This document shows positions 48,301 through 62,089 of a stretch of DNA of 64,000 bases, piece after piece (the first letter of the stretch is position 1; every line of letters begins with the position of its first letter). The stretch is taken from the NCBI RefSeq assembly GCF_964355755.1, contig NC_092672.1, positions 248,001 through 312,000 of the forward strand. Direction: 5' to 3'. Source of the DNA: Antedon mediterranea. Taxonomy: Eukaryota > Animalia > Echinodermata. The position numbers and the translations under genes were made by a program. The notes under the pieces were generated by a model. The model worked only from the letters and a program-made list of their open reading frames with translations, had not been told where the DNA came from and made no database searches.

Positions 48301-49577
48301 TGTATGCTACTGTACGTGTTAAGTAATACTAATTTATAATTTTGACACTGAAAATAATAATCCACATTAACATAATTTGAAATTTATACTGTAGTGTTAT
48401 GACACATACCTTGTAATATACACTGCATACATGTGATTTGCTATCATTCGTCATATTAATACATTTATGAATGTAATATATGCATAGAAATTAGGCTATG
48501 CTTGAATTCATTATTATCTTGAGGAATTATAAAGAACGTTTTACATTATGTTTAAATGTGTTTTTTGGTTTACATTCAAATTATTTTTCTAATTGTTTAC
48601 TTCAGACAAATCTTTTAATCTTTTAAACTAATTTTTGTTTGCAATATGCTGATATTTCATAAACTACTGTGTACAATTTAACTATTTTTTTTTATGGTAA
48701 AAAAAGAAATGATTATTGTGATGGTATGTTGGGATGTTAAGAACATTTTTAAGTACTGAGTTGCAACTGGTATGTTCTGTCAAAAAAAAGGGCAAATGTT
48801 CGTATAAGTTGAACTCATACTACCAACACCACCAATTGGTGTGTGTGTGTGTATTTATTATCTTTAAAACCAGTATTAATGACCTACATCAATTTTCATT
48901 TTAGTGGACTGAAACCGGTGCAAGCTACGCACGCAAGTTTCAAGTGTGTCAAGTACATGAACGCAATCAAAATAATTGGATTCGTTTACCGTACATCCAG
49001 AAAAAACAAGCAAACTTAATAATTGTAGAAACAGATTTCACTATGTTCTCATGTCAAGATGATGGGACTGACACTGACAGTGACATCGTCTCGTGCAGAG
49101 AAACATTTGACCTGTATTACAGTGATGTGAACAATTCCAGTGAAAATATCCCGCAGTATACTTCACCTCCATATAAAAAGATCTCGCGAATCGCAGCTGA
49201 TGGAAGGTTTTCAGATCCGTTGTCTTCTGATGAAGTCATAAACAAAGCAACTGAAAGATTTGGACCAATTGTAAATAATGGATTTTATCTTGCGATGCAA
49301 GATCAGGGTGCGTGCATGGCCTTGTTACGTACACTTGTGTATTACCTAGTTTGTCCTAAGGTTATGATGCACTTGGCGAACTTTCCAGAAACGGTTACTG
49401 GTGATTTTGTTACTTCGTTGGTTGAAGCAAAAGGCGAGTGCGTACCAAACTCAAAGAAGGTTGGCATTCAGGATCCCACATATCAATGTCGGAGCGATGG
49501 TACGTGGACTGTAATCCAAGGAGAATGTGTTTGTTCAGAAGGTTACTATCAGACTGAGAACTATGCTGCATGTGAAG
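42318..49577 (+). CDS. Eph: Eph receptor tyrosine kinase, exons 1-3 (signal peptide, ligand-binding domain, sushi/EGF-like region); gene continues beyond the window
   Basis: Exons 42318-42402 (MSRYGNTYSIWIFIYLGCIIF...), 43101-43183 (VTLYDS...LNW...G) and 48905-49577 (W...FQVCQV...NNWIR...CRETFDLYY...GFYLAMQDQGACMAL...YYLVCP...LANFPET...GEC...CRSDGTW...CVCSEGY). Phases 1, 0, 1 are compatible and match the conserved Eph exon layout. Confidence 0.93.
44495..44571. repeat. 14-bp minisatellite (atatatggtattga-like)
   Basis: About 5 copies of atatatggtattg. Confidence 0.9.
44712..44872 (+). mobile_element. Short 3' end of a non-LTR retroelement with (AAAG)n tail, flanked by a 105-bp direct duplication
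   Basis: Stem aggggct...agccctt, AATAAA and an (aaag)n tail; 44607-44711 is repeated at 44873-44977. Confidence 0.7.
45186..45573. repeat. 21-bp minisatellite (tttaaactactagtgttagcc) x18
   Basis: Identical tandem copies. Confidence 0.95.
45746..46070 (+). mobile_element. 5'-truncated RTE/RTEX-type LINE (C-terminus of ORF2)
   Basis: GHILR...RGRPRTT...LA.ERSDWKKLV motif, TA-rich tail, and 10-bp TSD TAATGATTAT (45736-45745, 46071-46080). Confidence 0.8.
48031..48188. mobile_element. PIF/Harbinger-like MITE
   Basis: TAA-agctctgtctacactatcaaac ... gtttgatagtgtagacagagct-TAA. Confidence 0.85.
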
Positions 49578-49713
49578 GTAAGACTTTAACATTGCACTGT
49601 TTATTTTTACCTTCGTACTGTATTTGTGAAACCGCATTTAATAGCATATCCTGCTTAATAGAACTTATTTATAATATTAATTGGATCCTAGGAACTTTTT
49701 CTAAAACATTTTT

Positions 49714-50592
49714 CTGCTCATTGGCTCAGGGAGTTGTAAAATAAGATTATCTTACAACTCCCTGATTGGCTTGTCTGCTCATTGGCTCAGGGAGTTGTAA
49801 AATAAGATTATCTTACAACTCTCTGATTGGCTTGTCTGCTCATTGGCTCAGGGAGTTGTAAAATAAGATTATCTTACAACTCCCTGATTGGCTTGTCTGC
49901 TCATTGGCTCAGGGAGTTGTAAAATAAGATTATCTTACAACTCCCTGATTGGCTCAGGGAGTTGTAAAATAAGATTATCTTACAACTCCCTGATTGGCTC
50001 AGGGAGTTGTAAAATAAGATTATCTTACAACTCTCTGATTGGCTCAGGGAGTTGTAAAATAAGATTATCTTACAACTCCCTGATTGGCTCAGGGAGTTGT
50101 AAAATAAGATTATCTTACAACTCCCTGATTGGCTCAGGGAGTTGTAAAATAAGATTATCTTACAACTCCCTGATTGGCTCAGGGAGTTGTAAAATAAGAT
50201 TATCTTACAACTCCCTGATTGGCTCAGGGAGTTGTAAAATAAGATTATCTTACAACTCCCTGATTGGCTTGTCTGCTCATTGGCTCAGGGAGTTGTAAAA
50301 TAAGATTATCTTACAACTCTCTGATTGGCTCAGGGAGTTGTAAAATAAGATTATCTTACAACTCCCTGATTGGCTCAGGGAGTTGTAAAATAAGATTATC
50401 TTACAACTCCCTGATTGGCTCAGGGAGTTGTAAAATAAGATTATCTTACAACTCCCTGATTGGCTTGTCTGCTCATTGGCTCAGGGAGTTGTAAAATAAG
50501 ATTATCTTACAACTCCCTGATTGGCTTGTCTGCTCATTGGCTCAGGGAGTTGTAAAATAAGATTATCTTACAACTCCCTGATTGGCTTGTCT
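49714..50592. repeat. 45/61-bp minisatellite built from a 38-bp near-perfect palindrome
   Basis: cagggagttgtaaaataa-ga-ttatcttacaactccctg separated by attggct or attggcttgtctgctcattggct. Confidence 0.95.
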
Positions 50593-50763
50593 CTTTTTTT
50601 TCAATCATACCTGTTTATGGGTTGTAATGGCATTTAACTTTGGAATGCAGAAAGTGAAATTTCTATCAAAAGCGGAAATTTGGATATTAAATCAACCGTG
50701 ATTAAAAAACCAATATTGTAATTTAGACACCAATTTGGACATTTGATCAAATTCACTTATTAT

Positions 50764-52096
50764 CAGGGGCGCAGCCAGTGGGGGGGTCACGGGGGTCCTG
50801 ACCCCCCCTTTTTTTTAGAAAAAATAAATAAAAACATGAGACAACAATACAGATCAAATCATCCTGGAGATACTGTGGAAGATTACTACCGAGCAGTATT
50901 ACCAAATCAACTTCTTGATTACAAACCGAGTTAAAAACCCGTTTTTCTGCCGATAACAGGCCATGCTTTAAAATATTTGGCGTAGCACCCGAGTCTATAG
51001 TGAAGTGTAATGTTGAAAGAAGTCTTCAAGGAACTTGAATTTGGTACGATGATCTGCCAAGACACGAACATCTTCATTCCGAGCTTCAGTGATGGAAGCG
51101 ACTGTGTAAAATTAGCGGATCCAAATGTGTTCCCGAATGTGCGTGCACTTCTTCTAATCGCGTAGGCCTATGCCCGTAAAGTCTGCTGAAGCTGAGCGGA
51201 GTTTTTTTACTTTATGGAGAACGAAAACCTGTTTGGGAAATCACATGTCTTATGAGCAGCTTTCGGGATTGTGCCTCATGAACATACACTTTAACATGAA
51301 CATTAATACAGAGAATGTCATTCGCGAATTCTGTCTCCAAGCCAAGAAGAATGTTCCAAACTTATGTTTAAAGATGGGATGCATCACGCGATGTCAAGAG
51401 CGCCGTTATAGTAACTAACGTAAAATGTATGATAATAATTTAGAAGTTTAGTTATTACAATTATGTATAAGCTATCACCTATACTATACATTCGAACAAA
51501 ATAGGTATATTTTTAAACAAAATATTGTATGTACTGGGTATGATAAGCGTCTCACATACACACAGAGCCGAGATAGCTTCTTGGACTTGCACAGTGTATG
51601 AACTCTAACCTTACGGTTCTCATTTAATAATACCACTCCCTCCATGCTATCATTCTAATTTCTTTTTTCAAACTTTTGCATCTCTACGTTCATTTCATGC
51701 AACTTTTGTATTGGTGTGAAAAGGGAGGAATTCAAATAATTCCTCCTCTGAGTTTACAGCCTCTCTACACAAATCAACAAACAAGCAAGAAAAAAAGTGT
51801 TTGTCTGTGGCAGCCTGGAATATAAAAATGTTCTGTAATGAAAATGAGAGTTGTTTTTTGTTTTCTTTGTTTCAGTTTATTAGTGTTAACATTGTCATAT
51901 TTGTGTGTGCGTAAACCGATTCAAATGATCTAGATTGCCCTAGACCGCCAAAGCTTCCAGGGGCCTTCGCCCCCTGGACCCCAACCGAGGGCCCTTGGCG
52001 GCCCCCTGGCCCCCAGCCCATGGTTGCTCGCTTTGCTCGCAAAATACTCACATATTGGTTGACCCCCCCTTTAATTCTTTGCTGGCTGCGCCCCTG
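50764..52096 (+). mobile_element. Internally deleted hAT transposon (ZMYM1/PRKRIR-like transposase C-terminus)
   Basis: TIR caggggcgcagccag / ctggctgcgcccctg; decayed peptides RQQYRSNHPGDTVEDYYR, FPNVRALL, PVKSAEAERSF...KT.L...M..EQLSGLCLMNIH (hAT dimerisation domain); flanked by ATTAT on both sides. Confidence 0.85.
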
Positions 52097-53899
52097 ATTA
52101 TATCGTTGTTTGTTCTGATGCCTGCCATGGTTGTTGATTGATGGAGATGACATTGGCTCTGCTTGTTGTACCTGTGTATAATTTTCCAGTTTGTTACCAC
52201 AGAACATTGAGTTGTCTCTATTCGCTCGTCCATTCTACAATTTCTACCAACAATGTGTGATGTAGGCTACAACTACAAATATTATATATTTTCTTAACTT
52301 GTCATGATGTTTACATAAATTAGTTACATATCATTGGTCAGCTGATGTCAGTATAACTACCTCTTTGTACCACATTAGGACTGGCTAAATTCTCAATGAA
52401 TTTATCGCCACGTTTTCTTGTCAGTGAAGGCAGGTGAGAGTTAATGAAGCAGGGATAATGTGAGCTTGAGTATTCAGTCTGATTATTTCATATTAAGAAG
52501 ATCAGTGACTGGAAGTAATCATGTTTGAATGGATATGCTTCTCAATTGCTCCTATCGATGTCAAACCTCTTTGTTAACTGGTCCCTGTATACCACTGAGA
52601 TCATACTTTACTAATAACAAGAACTTCTAAAGCGAACACCTTTTGTAATAGAGCTCCTGAAAACCTGTTGAGCCCATACAACACTCTTTTTAACATACCA
52701 ACTCGCACGGAAATCTTAAACAATTATTTTGAAGTGTTTTTCATGGTTAACTGAATGTTTGTACTAACCAGGTTTGATATCAATATCAAAGAATTGGTTA
52801 ATTTATAAAAACGTTTGGTAATGTTTACTCTAACTTATCAAATTAATTAGGATGTAGTAATTTGGTCATTTCATTAGCACAATAAACCTGCTTTGTAATG
52901 TTTAAAAAGAATTTACACTAAATTTAAATATTAAAAGGGATTTTGGAAATCTGTGTTATGTTGTTATAATTGTATTTAGTATTACGTTCTAAACGTACAG
53001 TTTATTATAATCAATTGGAATACCGGTTTATTTAAACAAGTATGCTAAGTAAGTCACTTAGTTCATACTGTATGCTAATAGTAATGTTCAAACTGTCCAG
53101 ATAGAATCTGCTTTTAGTCTATCTATACATTTATTTATCAACAGTTTCAATAATAATCAATAACTTAAACATACAGTAAATTGAATCAAGAAAATAAGTA
53201 TCTTTGTATCATAATTAACAGATTTTTCTAAAAGTATTATTTAATTTTGTACCTGAAAAAACATACTATTATAACAGCGGTAATCCAGAAAGCAAATTGT
53301 AAAATGTTGTATTGGTCAGTCAGCCAGCCTTGGGATTGACAATTACAACAATTAATATAACACTATTCAGTATGGGATACAAAATTAATGATTTGTGAAA
53401 TTATGATGATGTGAATTTACCAAGGATTAAGTTCATTTAATGTCAAAGTCAAGAACGTATTGATTACAAACTATTTACAAAATAAGCACTGAAAATAACA
53501 TAAATAATGTAAATTGGTCCTCGGAAAATGAATTGCTTACTAATACTGTATTAAATTTGACTGAAGTCAGATAAATTTTAATTTATTTACGAGGTTGAAT
53601 TGAAGTATATTTTAATCATGTAATAAAAACATAATTTTTTGGAAAATTAACTACCAATTTCACCATTTAATGATTAATTTACTGTACAAAATAATATTAC
53701 AAAGTAAAATTGTTCACATTCATATTCTCTGATCCAAAACAACTGTAAAAACTGACAAATTAAATTAAATCTTTTTAGATTATAATTCTTTCTTAGTGTT
53801 TGTCAAAATAAGAATATTTATCACTGTAGGTGTTGATAATTTACACAATCACGCCTTCCTTGGGCTTTATGTGTTTCAGATGATCCATTTAGATTGCTA

Positions 53900-54320
53900 G
53901 TTCAGGGACTATCTGTGTGTGTATGTGATGATAAAAGCTATGGATGGACTCTGTGTGTGACTGTGTATGTGATGATAAAAGCTACAGTATGGGTGGACTC
54001 TTCATGGACTCTGTGTGTGTATGTGATGATAAAAGCTATGAGTGGACTCTTCATGGACTCTGTGTGTTTGTATGTGATGATAAAAGCTATGGGTGGACTC
54101 TGTGTGTGTGTATGTGATGATAAAAGCTATGGGTGAACTCTTCATGGACTCTGTATGTGTATGTGATGATAAAAGCTATGGGTGGACTCTTCATGGACTC
54201 TGTGTGTGTATGTGATGATAAAAGCTGTGGGTGGACTCTTCATGGACTCTGTGTATGTGTATGTGATGATAAAAGCTATGGGTGGACTCTTCATGGACTA
54301 TCTGTGTGTGTATGTGATGA
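53900..54320. repeat. ~40-55-bp minisatellite (tgtatgtgatgataaaagctatgggtggactcttcatggactc)
   Basis: About 8 variable copies. Confidence 0.92.
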
Positions 54321-57300
54321 TGTACATGATGACATAAAACCTTTGTTGGTCTTATCAACGATAAAGATCAGTCAGTACAAGAACATAATTGCTATAACTT
54401 ATTGGTATCTGTAAACACTTATTAGAGACAGTATGTTGAACATTATTAAATTCAGATTATTGTGTCAAGTCTGTTTGAAATGTAAGTTCAGATTAAGTTG
54501 TCTAATCCCTTTCTTGTATTTACAGGTGTCCTGTGGTTTCTATTTGTAGCCACATCTCTAATCTGTAAATCTTAATCTGGTTTTGGTAATCCTATTTGAT
54601 CCATATTGTTTTTTATCCGCTTTGCACATTTAAAACCAGTTGTTCACCAAGTACTGTACAGTATTGTAGATGTGCTTCTGGATTGTTTTTCTCTCTTTTA
54701 ACTGTATTCTTCTTGTTTTTAATAGTTTTTCCTTTTAATACTTTAACTTTATGCTTGAGTTCAAGCAAATATTTGTCTACTTTCTGTAAACACACAAACT
54801 TTTTAACTGGTTCAGTACTGGTTTACCTTGGATCTCCTTTAAAAGGCTTTTAGTTGAGCCGCAAACTCATCAACTTTAAGTGGTCCGGAATTTCTTGAAT
54901 TTAAAATCCTACAGATAATTAATATAATTGAAAAAAACTGAATGTAACAGTCTCAATGTAAATACTGCTCTGTCCTAATTTATGTAATGTAGGAGATTCG
55001 GCTGAAATTGCCTCTTTTAGTATCATACTCATCTCTCAACAAAACAACTTTATCTGCCTCCTCTTAATAGATGCAGGCAAATTGCTGCCTGCCGGTCTTC
55101 TGTCGTTTTTTGATGGATGAGAGGATGTTGTTCGGATGAGTGGCAAAGCATACGCAACAATCGTCATATGCTTGATTGTATCTGAGATTTCGTTCAGTGG
55201 TTGTTGCTGTCCGTTCACAGATGTTGTATTTCCTTCATTTTCTACATTTCTCATCCACATATCCTGTTGTAACCACTCAAATAAAACTAAAAAGTAAAAA
55301 TAAAATTGTTGCAAAAATAAAATGGTTCAGTAATTAACGACTAGATGAGGGCAGATGTTTATGACATTTATTATTAACAAATAAATATTTATAAACCCAT
55401 ACTGCCAACAATTTGAACCAGACCCTTGACTTTGTTCCTTTGCGGTATAAACTAATAAAATACTATTAAAATATGTTGATACCATGTTAATTTCTTAATG
55501 AATGTTTTACTGCCTTGTACAAGATGGAATATATACAAAAAAGTTAATAATCTTTATTAAATGACTTTGTCGGGTTTCTTCTTTCTTTTTTGAATATAAT
55601 AAAATTATATGATGCACTGTAAAAGCAAATGAGATTAAATTAATACATCTGATTTTTATAATGAACACAGCTTTTAAAGTATCAAAATAATTTATATTCT
55701 CTGGTATGTTGATTTTTTATTTACTAGCAGTTGGAAATCTTGTATCACAAATTAGATTACAAAATAATTTTAATATTTTCACAATTTTCATTACCTGCAA
55801 CAAATTCATCTAAAAATTAAACAAATTATCACTCCAAGCTACTGAAAAGTGCATTTTCATAAAAATAATTAATCCTACACAATTTTAAATGATTGATTTT
55901 ATTGGTTGATTACAAATGCTTTAAAAAGAACGAACCAATCAGTTTTCATAACACAAATTGTGATATTGATGTATTGCTGCCGACGGCTGTTTTGTGCATT
56001 TGCAACAGTAGATTTTAGTGTAGATATTCCGACAAGGTTTGCTGATTTTTACAGAGCAGCTTATTCTAATCAGCAAGTTTGATGTATTATCTGTTTTGTC
56101 CAATCTTAAATTTTAGTAGATCAAAGTTTTATTGATATCTTGTACATGTTGTTAAGACATAAAAGTCAGTTGAATAAGAAACACAATTTGTATACAAGCT
56201 ATTTTTAAATCAGTTGATTAATGTGATTGCAGTGTGTAAAATATAAAAAATCTATATTGACCAGTCATGCCACATTTATATTAAGATAAACATAAAATTC
56301 TGAAACTAATATAGTTATTATTTATCCTTAATCTTTGAGTATGCAACTTTTGGCCTTGACTAAACTACAGTAATAATAGTTTGTTTTATACAAAAGTGTA
56401 ATTTCCTTAGCTAGGCTAAGCAATCAATATTATGGCGGGTGAACTGTCAGAAGACACCTATTCTCACAAAATAAGAAAACGTTTTAGCTACAAGTTACTG
56501 ACATTTCTCATACTTAGATTAACAGTAGATTTCAGTCCTTGTTTAAAGTAAAATAAAGTGGAAATTTATATTTTATTCATGATATACTGTACTTTGATGA
56601 TAGTATAATGAATTGGTGGCTTGCGAGAAAGGCATGTGCTCAGCATGCCTGCTGAGTAAACGTGCTTAGCAAACTATTCTTCAAAAAGAATAACAATTGA
56701 GTATTAAAGCAAAACTGAATATTAATTCATGAATGCATGTATTTATTTCATGAATACAGTATATTAATGTTCAAAGTAACTACTGTATGATTTGTAAGTT
56801 CAAAGGTTTGGACTAAAAACAACATTGATTCAGTGTTACCAGCTTTCTGTGATAGCACACATATATAAATATTAGTTACATGAAATTTTACCTTCAAGTA
56901 TTGAATATTCAATATATTTCAAATGCATACTAATGTCTTAACATTGTGGAAGATTAACATTGATTTACATGGTATACATATGAATGAATGTTATGCTTTT
57001 GGCTACATATTTGTTTTTGAGTATTTGTCAATAATTTAAAGACTTTCAATTGTTTATTCAATGCGTATTAATAACTAATACACATTTTTCGGTTATTCAA
57101 AGTGTTTTCTGTGTGAATCTGTTTTATTATTAATGTAACAGTTGCTGTAATTTGCTTTTGGTTTAAACTCTAATTGCAATATTGTTGTTATTTTTATCCA
57201 CTTATTATAGTCTCCCTCTTGGGTTTGCATTCATACTTCTTTGGTGAGCAGACCCATCTTCACAGATAAACCTGATATATTTTACAGTATATATAGAAAA

Positions 57301-60300
57301 AATCGTGAACACTCAGTTTGATAATTGGTTCCGTGGAGCCTGCGGGTCTTCGTTTCTAGAACACATCAATTTCATTCATTGACAGTGAGAATAATAAGGC
57401 CATGGGATTCAAAATTGAATACAAAACAACTTTGCATGATATTAATGTTTTTAGTAGGATGAGCCGGTATGTTCTATGTTCTGAATGTCATTTCTTCAAT
57501 GTGACATTTCAAATAAGAGGAAACTAGTTGAATTTTACAATGTAACATTGAGAAACTTATTGTGACTGATATGATAATGTATTTTGCAATTGAAATAATC
57601 GTTTTACAAAATGGAGGATGATTCAACTCATGTTCACTGTTTTATTTTGTCCCCTTTAAAAGGCCCAAATTTGTTGATCGAATTTAAACAATTTTAAAAT
57701 ATATTACCTTTAAAACAATAATTGAACTCAACTTTGTGTACATTGGGTAAACCAAGCTCTAAATAACAGTCATTAAAAGTATCACATTTGATTATCATTT
57801 GCCAGTGTAAAATAACATTAGTCACCTTAAGCATGTAATTGTTTATCATTCAAATTTAAAGAGAATACCACAGTTGACTTTAAGATTACACTTTATGCTG
57901 ATAGTTTATTGTCTTTAAAAACAATTTAATTTATTATATTTGTTCTAAAAATGTTGTTTCATGACATTCTCAGAATGCAAGATACTGGAACTAAAGAATG
58001 ATTTGTTAATAAATTATGATGTTAGAAGTAATGTCACTGTTTTATGTCAAAGTCTTTTAACTTTCATGAAGTCATAAGTCGGAAATATTTTCTGTTTTTT
58101 GCTGCGTAAATGGACCTAATTTCAGATTCAGGTGAAGATATTATTTTCAGCTGAGAGTTATTAGCCTCCTTGTGATCTTAAATCCTCCACAGACTAACCC
58201 AAGTCAAAAGAACAAACAATAGCAAGATAAGTTAAACCACCGGGCAAGCCCTCAGGGGTCGACACTCATTTATATTAGAAATTTTAACGAACAAATTCCA
58301 TCGCAGCAAACTCAAATGTCCGTGATGATATTAATTTCGGTATCGAGTTGCATTCAAACTGTGCTTTCTCGGCTCATCTGCGAAGGAGTCATGTTGGAAA
58401 GAGTTGAAATCATTTAGTGGATGTTTTCTTAGGTGGCGTAAGTACTGCCCTGTGGCGTTATAGTCACTTCATAGACTAACACGACACTGTCGCTCGCATT
58501 GCCTCCGCGGTTTCTTAACAGCACTGTTACTCACTGTTCCCTGACTAGATATTTCACTGTGATATTGGATTTGATATATGATTTATTTTCTTGCCACAAG
58601 CTAAAGATTGATGAGATTTGAGTTTTGCCTTTGGGGTTATTTAGATGCTAGATCCCTACTTCTTTTTTGGTAGTTATAGTAAAAGTCTTTGGCACAATAA
58701 ACTCCTTTCAGACAGTCTTCTGTTTATTTGTAACTGGTTATTCATCTGCAAGCAAAATGTTATTTTATTTATTCACTTATTATTCATTCATTCACTTATT
58801 TATTCACTTATTCATTCACTTTTATTGCCATGAAAAATAAACAAGCATCAACTAAAAAAATGGCAATAGAAAGTAAAAAAGAGTACTCCCTTAGCTTAAA
58901 ACATCACATTTTTGTAACAATATTAAAACTAATATTTTAACCAATTTTAAAGCAAACATGTTCTGATTGATGTGATTGCTTTACATATACAAATCTGTTC
59001 TTACATTGATATTATGGAATATATATTTTGATCTGGATCAATGATGTTTCCCTAGAGACTAGTAATTGATCAGTAGTAACAAGGTATTCTGTTGGATTTT
59101 CTAGTAAATCACCTAGGCCAATGACTGCAGAATGCTGTCTGCAATGCAACACATTTATACTAGTCTTATATCATATATTGTATATGTCTAAACCTAGTCT
59201 TTCATATATGTATATTTCTGTACCAAGACTACTGGGCTTGTTACTGTTTGTTCATGCAACATTTTGAATAATCCTATCACTTGTGTGATTGGTTAAATGA
59301 CTTCAGTGTACACCCTTTATGTTGCATCCATAACGAACCCCAGTTTGTTACATCTTGGGTAGAGTTTATTGGTACATTGAAATTGTCACAACTGACTGGG
59401 TAAATTGCTGTCAGTCAAAATATGTAATAGAGAAGTAAGCAAGTAAATTAGCATTGGTAAAAAATCTACCAGAGTCTGTATTTTGGTGAAAGCAGCTTTA
59501 GTAATTTTGAAAACTATAAAACGATAATTTCTTATCATGTTCAGCATAAGTTTTGCACTCAATGTATATTAATCAGTAGATATAGCCTAAGATATACTTA
59601 TTGGAGAGATGGTACGGTAGATGGATTGACTGATAAGTAGATTAAGAATGCAATGCTTAGTACAAGTATTTGAAATAAATTTGCTTGTAGTTCTGTAAAT
59701 GATACTTATATAAACTGATTGTGATATTTTTAGATAATATTGGCGATCAACAAATTGGTGCAACATAGAAGATGTGGCGTCAATATTATGCTTACGCTTA
59801 CATTTTATTTTTATCATGATGTATAATAGATTACCAATCAGTTTATGATAAAAGGTAGTATTACCAACAATTTAAAGAAGAAAAGAGAGTATCAATCTCA
59901 GTAATAAATATTTTAATCGTACTTTGGTTGATGATCATATTTATCTATAAAATATATTCATTCTTTATCATCTTAATATATTTTCTTTGCAATGAAGAAA
60001 AGAAAGTAAATATTGAAAAATTGATATTTTTGCATCACATGTTTTTAGAAGTTCCAATAGTAAACAACTCTTTTTTTTTTCAAAAAGTAATAATAATGGT
60101 GTTATGTTTTGTTACGTAAAGTTTTCACTTGATACCTTGAATGTGCTAATACAAAAAGTAAATCAAAAAGGCGAAACAGATGTGTCAGAAAAACATAAAT
60201 AATAAATCAAAAGAACTGAAGCAGTATTTCTCATAAAATATAAGTCAAGATTTATTAAGCATAGTCCCACAATGAATTAATAAAGTCGTTGTTTTTCCCT

Positions 60301-62089
60301 GGAAACAGAATGTTCTTTGAGTTACAATCCAAAGAAAATGTGTATTTATCTCCAGTAACTCCAAACTGTTATTTAATTCCATGCAGCTTATTTTCAGATG
60401 CATCTATTTATATTCTCAAGGTTGTCAGGAATAAGATGATATTTATTAGTGATATTTATATGTTTTAATAGTAATGGCAGTCATTTCGGCTTTGATACAT
60501 GAAAGTATTTATGGGTCGTTAATCATGTTGTGAAAGATGAGCGCATCAATGCGCACAAATTACATGACATTGTATTGTACAAAATGCATTAAATTGCAAG
60601 AGATATACACTTCAATCCCTGGTTGTTGCAGATCAGAGCTGGTTGTTGATTTGTTGGTTTCTTCTCGACTGACAGCCAGTCCAGTTCTGAATGTCGATAA
60701 ATACAAGTATTATCAAGTGAAGGAAAAAGCAGGTCACGTTATGCAAAAAGCCGTTTGCAGCTCATTTGTTGTTTGTCGGACTTAAAATCTGACGGTTAAT
60801 GTGCTACAAAACGAGTATCAACTTCTTACTTTTGTTCTTTATTCCCAACATGAGATAAACGAAAAACCCCATTAGATATATATTTTTATTCTTTTTTTTT
60901 TTTTTTTTCGTAATGCTTCGCCAACAAACAAGAACATTTGTCAACTGGTAAACCGGTTTCTATGGTGACACTAATTGAGACGTACTTGAATTATCATGAC
61001 GTTGTTAGAATCTGTTAGTTTGATGCTCCTCATCAAAAAGCAAAAGTTGTTCATTCATTAATGAGACCATTCTAATCTAAATTACGGTGATAATTGTATT
61101 GGAATTACGCTATAAGCTGAATAGTGAATTACAGCACAGATTAAAGATAATACTATCCAGCGTACGCACGCTGTGAAATTCATGACCAATCTAATATAAG
61201 ATGTATGTCTAATCCTTCCTCCTTGACTATTAAGATAAATTCTGTTGATTACTGGCTTTTATGTTCAAAACTGTATACACATGTCCAGTGTTATTATATA
61301 ACATTATGTAGGCGTATTTAAGTTTTCTGTGCAATGTGCAGTTGATTTTTAAGTAATTGTTACTATACTCTGAATATTATTTTCATTTGTCTGGTTTTAG
61401 TAATTTGATTTATTTCACTATTCAGTATTTAACCAGCTATTCCTCACAGTTATGATTTTGTCTTTTGTCATACAAGGTTCCTCTAACTATGTAGGAGTAA
61501 CAAGAAACTTGATAAAATTTTATGTTTGCTAACAAACAACTAATTTGTTATTAAAATTCACTGTAAACCATTGGTAAAAGTACATTGAAAGTGTCAGTCA
61601 TTTAATTCCATTGTGTTGTATTACAATACTGTCTTAAACAATTATTCTGTTGTTGCATTTAATACACACAAAGTATTTACTACCTGTTGGCTGAATCTTT
61701 TATTATTTTTTCTATTGTTAATCAAAATCCCCGTCAGCTTTTACTGTTTACTTCTTCTTTCAAGTAGTTGGCCACATGCATCACAGCCTTCAGTTATTTA
61801 CTCAGTATATTTGAAATGGTTGCCCCTACATTTTTATTTGTATCTAAAATTTGCCTTTTTCTTTGTTCTTTAACAATAAATTTGCATCTATAATATGTGT
61901 TCTATGCCTTAAAACACTGCTTTCTCTTTGAAGGAATTCTGCACAACATTTTCAAGAAATAATAAATATTTAACATTGTCTCTCTTGTAGCTGAATATAT
62001 AATACATATTATTTGAAAAAATGTATTACTGATATCGAATTCATCTAGACTATCACTGTGTTTTTATGTCTATTGCGTTTTTCGTACTA

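Noticed and set aside
49888-50494. (IGSGSCKIRLSYNSL)n ORFs and CRISPR-like palindromic repeats
   Set aside because: 45-bp tandem repeat; spacers are identical rather than unique, there are no cas genes, and the context is eukaryotic.
53894-54414. Cys-rich ORFs (CVCVCDDKSYG)
   Set aside because: TG-rich minisatellite translation.
58190-58500. GC-richer stretch that might be a structured RNA or SINE
   Set aside because: No A/B boxes, cloverleaf, TIRs or TSD could be established by eye.
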